Of a stretch of 64,000 nt of DNA, positions 61,361-64,000 are shown piece by piece. Numbering within the stretch: position 1 is the stretch's first letter; each line of letters begins with the position of its first letter. Position numbers and translations under genes: made by a program. The DNA comes from an uncultured delta proteobacterium (GTDB lineage: Bacteria; Desulfobacterota; Desulfomonilia; Desulfomonilales; Desulfomonilaceae): NCBI GenBank assembly GCA_963789265.1, contig CAWBKB010000001.1, positions 1 to 64,000 on the forward strand, written 5' to 3'. The notes beneath the pieces are model-generated. The model did no database searches, was not told the origin of the DNA, and saw only the letters and a list, made by a program, of their open reading frames with translations.

Positions 61361-63700
61361 TTGCCTGAGTACAGTCTCATCGGGAAAAGCATCCCCCGCG
61401 TTGACTCTCTGCCCAAGGTTACAGGCGAGGCGATTTTCACGGCGGACTTGAGCCTTCCCAAGATGCTAGTGGGTAAGATACTGCGCAGCCCTTATCCCCA
61501 TGCCCGAATCCTTGACGTTGACACGTCAAAGGCTCGGCAGCTTCGTGGGGTTCAGGCGGTGGTAACGGGCAAGGATACCGCAGGGGAAAAGTGGGGCGTA
61601 TTCAGGTACACGTGGGACCAGCAACTGCTCTGCGTAGACAAGGTCCGATACGTTGGAGACGAGGTCGCGGCCGTTGCCGCCGTTGATGAGGATACGGCCC
61701 TGGAGGCGCTCAGCCTTATCCAGGTCGATTACGAAGAATTGCCCGCAGTTTTTGACTGTCATTCCGCGTTAGCCCCGGACGCGGCTTTGCTTCACGACGA
61801 ATATGCGCATAACGTTAACGTCGCTGTTAACATTGATGTCGGTAACGTGGATGCGGCATTCAAAGGATGCGCATTGATTCGCGAGGACACCTTTGTAGCG
61901 GAAGAAGACTCGTACTTCATGATCGAACCTTACGCGGTGGTGGCAAGTTATCACGCAGACGGTTCGATTGAAGTCTGGATGCCGAACGCGTCTCCGCACA
62001 CCAAAGCCAAAGCATTATCGAATGCGCTACAATTGCCCCTTTCAAAGGTAAACGTTCGTAAGATCACAATCGGCGGTGCTTTTGGGGGTCGATCCGACGT
62101 TTTTCCTGCGGAATTCATTACCTGCCTCCTCAGCATAAAGGCTCAAAGGCCGGTCAAGCTAGTTTACTCCCGTGAAGAGAACTCCATTGCCACCCGCATG
62201 GGTCATGCAATGATTACCACAATAAAGACCGGCGTGGACAAAGCAGGTAAAGTTCTGGCAAGAGACATTGTTTCGTATCTGGATGGCGGGGCATATTCCA
62301 GTACCGGTCCCATCGCGACATCCGTCCCTTTCTTGTGCCACGAGCAGACGTACAGAATGGACAATGTCCGATTCCGAGGCTATCGCATCTATACGAACAA
62401 GCCGGTCAGAGGAATGATCCGTATTCACGGCAGATCGTTTGCATGCGGGATTGACACGCAATTGGACATGATTGCCGAGCAATTGGGGATCGACCCGGTG
62501 ACGATCCGGCTCCGTAATGCACGGCGACCGGGCGAAACGACTCCCACCGGTTCGTACGTGGCGAGCTGCGGTCTCGTGGAGTGCATAGAAAAGACAGCGG
62601 CCGAGAGCAAATTCATTGAGAAATTCCGCAATCCTGCTCCTAACCGCGGAATCGGCATGGGTCTGAATTCGGTGCAAACCGGATTCCCCTTGGGGATTCG
62701 CGGCGGTTCCCAGGCGTTCATAAAGTTTCATGAAGATGGTGGGGCCACTGTGATTTCAGGGGTCGTGGACAACGGTCAGGGAAACGACAACATGCTGGTT
62801 CAGATCGCTGCCGAGGAGCTTGGGCTTCCGCTTGAAGATATCCGGCTCATATCCGCGGACACGGAAGTCACCCCAACTGATGCAGGCTCGTATTCCATGA
62901 TTTCCACGTTTGGCGGAGGGAACACGGTAAAGACGGCAGCAGCAGATGCCAGGACTCAGCTCTTCGAGGTAGCCTCGGACATGCTCGAAGCCGATCCCGC
63001 GGATCTGGTGGCCAAGGACGGGAAAATATATGTCAAGGGCGCTCCAGGCACCGGTATTTCCATTGCCAAGGTCGTGCGCAGGGCGTTGATCATGGGCCGA
63101 CCGATAATGGGGCGAGGTGCATTTTCACCAAAGGTGGACCAGCGACGAGAGTGGATAACGAATCCTAAAGGTCAACTCTCGCAGGCGTTTTCGTTCGGTG
63201 CGACAGTTACAGAGGTTGAAGTGGACCCCGAAACAGGCCAGGTCAAGGCGCTTGAAGTTACGTGCGCTCAGGACTGCGGCTTCACGTTGAACCCTCTGGT
63301 GGTGGAAGGGCAGTTTGAGGGCGGAGTGGCAATGGGAGGCCAAGGCGGCATGCTCGCCGAGGAGCATCGCTGGAGCCAGGGGCACCTATTAAATCCCACA
63401 ATGCTCGAATACAAGATCCCAATAATAAAGGACATGCCCAATATCAAGCCGATCATCGTGGAATCCATAGATCCAAGTGGTCCGTACGGGGCCAAAGAAG
63501 CCGGCATGTCCATCGCAATGTCGGCAGCCCAGGCATACTGCAACGCTGTGAGTAAGGCCCTTGGGATCTATTTCAACCACTACCCTTTGACGCCCGAGCG
63601 AATCCTGGACGCAATCGAGAACAAGAAGCCCGGCATACATACAGCTTGGGAATTTGAGCCCGCCAGAGTAATCGAACGTGAGGGGTGCGGCCGGAAGTGA
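61361..63700 (+). CDS. Xanthine dehydrogenase family molybdopterin-binding subunit (HcrA-like)
   Basis: KVTGEA, LRSPYPHA, IGGAFGGR, DNGQG, VEGQFEGG, GPYGAKE. Confidence 0.92.
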   Translation: MPEYSLIGKSIPRVDSLPKVTGEAIFTADLSLPKMLVGKILRSPYPHARILDVDTSKARQLRGVQAVVTGKDTAGEKWGVFRYTWDQQLLCVDKVRYVGDEVAAVAAVDEDTALEALSLIQVDYEELPAVFDCHSALAPDAALLHDEYAHNVNVAVNIDVGNVDAAFKGCALIREDTFVAEEDSYFMIEPYAVVASYHADGSIEVWMPNASPHTKAKALSNALQLPLSKVNVRKITIGGAFGGRSDVFPAEFITCLLSIKAQRPVKLVYSREENSIATRMGHAMITTIKTGVDKAGKVLARDIVSYLDGGAYSSTGPIATSVPFLCHEQTYRMDNVRFRGYRIYTNKPVRGMIRIHGRSFACGIDTQLDMIAEQLGIDPVTIRLRNARRPGETTPTGSYVASCGLVECIEKTAAESKFIEKFRNPAPNRGIGMGLNSVQTGFPLGIRGGSQAFIKFHEDGGATVISGVVDNGQGNDNMLVQIAAEELGLPLEDIRLISADTEVTPTDAGSYSMISTFGGGNTVKTAAADARTQLFEVASDMLEADPADLVAKDGKIYVKGAPGTGISIAKVVRRALIMGRPIMGRGAFSPKVDQRREWITNPKGQLSQAFSFGATVTEVEVDPETGQVKALEVTCAQDCGFTLNPLVVEGQFEGGVAMGGQGGMLAEEHRWSQGHLLNPTMLEYKIPIIKDMPNIKPIIVESIDPSGPYGAKEAGMSIAMSAAQAYCNAVSKALGIYFNHYPLTPERILDAIENKKPGIHTAWEFEPARVIEREGCGRK

Positions 63701-63794
63701 GCAAACCTACTGGTACCAGGCCAAACTTCCGCAGTACTAGCCTGCGTCTCTTCTGCCCGCACTAAGAGCAGGCCTTTCGCAGAGAGGATTCGCG

Positions 63795-64000
63795 GTGAAA
63801 GTAAAAGAAATCGATCACATTTGCTTCGCAGTCCACAGTGTGGACGAAGCCCGCAAGGTCTACGAAGGAATTATGGGACTGGAACCGGCGTGTGAGTATA
63901 TCGCTGAGGAGGAGTCCATACGAGTAATCCGGTACTATGTAGGAACAGTGGCAGTGGAGATCATGGAACCTACTGATTCAACGTGTGAAGTCGCCTCATT
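63795..64000 (+). CDS. VOC family protein (partial, runs off the window)
   Basis: GTG start after AGAGGA RBS; IDHICFAVHSVDEARKVYE...VEIMEP. Confidence 0.8.
   Translation, partial: MKVKEIDHICFAVHSVDEARKVYEGIMGLEPACEYIAEEESIRVIRYYVGTVAVEIMEPTDSTCEVAS

Noticed and set aside
59554..63700. Naming the Mo enzyme hcrBCA (4-hydroxybenzoyl-CoA reductase)
   Set aside because: The FAD-subunit insert fits, but the large-subunit motifs diverge and no benzoyl-CoA pathway genes are adjacent; kept as family-level only.

Overview
The window has four parts, probably from an anaerobic Desulfobacterota-like bacterium (inferred from gene content). (1) 1-~3520 is an error-ridden reverse-complement copy of ~3540-7360, most likely a long-read fold-back artefact, so its ORFs are not independent genes. 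(2) ~3.5-12.3 kb is defence-like: a truncated and frameshifted nuclease-STAND NTPase (Avs-like) gene, divergent from a coupled pair of a standalone HD-CE-like protein and a 912-aa helical protein, then an orphan N4/N6 methyltransferase and an RHH protein. A SulP transporter follows. (3) ~14.7-27.5 kb is a single minus-strand block that looks like a mobile element, with its own sigma70 promoter. It encodes an HTH protein, a ParB-like protein, two ankyrin proteins, an AcrVA2/FinQ-family protein, an active RNase HI and a catalytically degenerate RNase H paralog. It also has an unusual candidate replication module: a tandem winged-helix protein and a paralogous winged-helix + CHC2 Zn-finger + TOPRIM primase flanking an A-rich array of GTAC-core repeats. 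(4) After a scar zone (IS3, pgi and peptidase fragments), 29.6-64 kb is a plus-strand catabolic island. It has a TetR-controlled CoA-ligase/thiolase/ACAD/Liv-ABC operon and a V4R-kinase/sigma54-controlled operon (OYE reductase, hydantoinase/oxoprolinase A+B, CoA ligase, ACAD, NCS1 permease, HcrBCA-like Mo enzyme), suggesting anaerobic N-heterocycle/lactam degradation. Several single-base frameshifts may be sequencing errors. All family assignments come from motif recognition by eye, not database searches.
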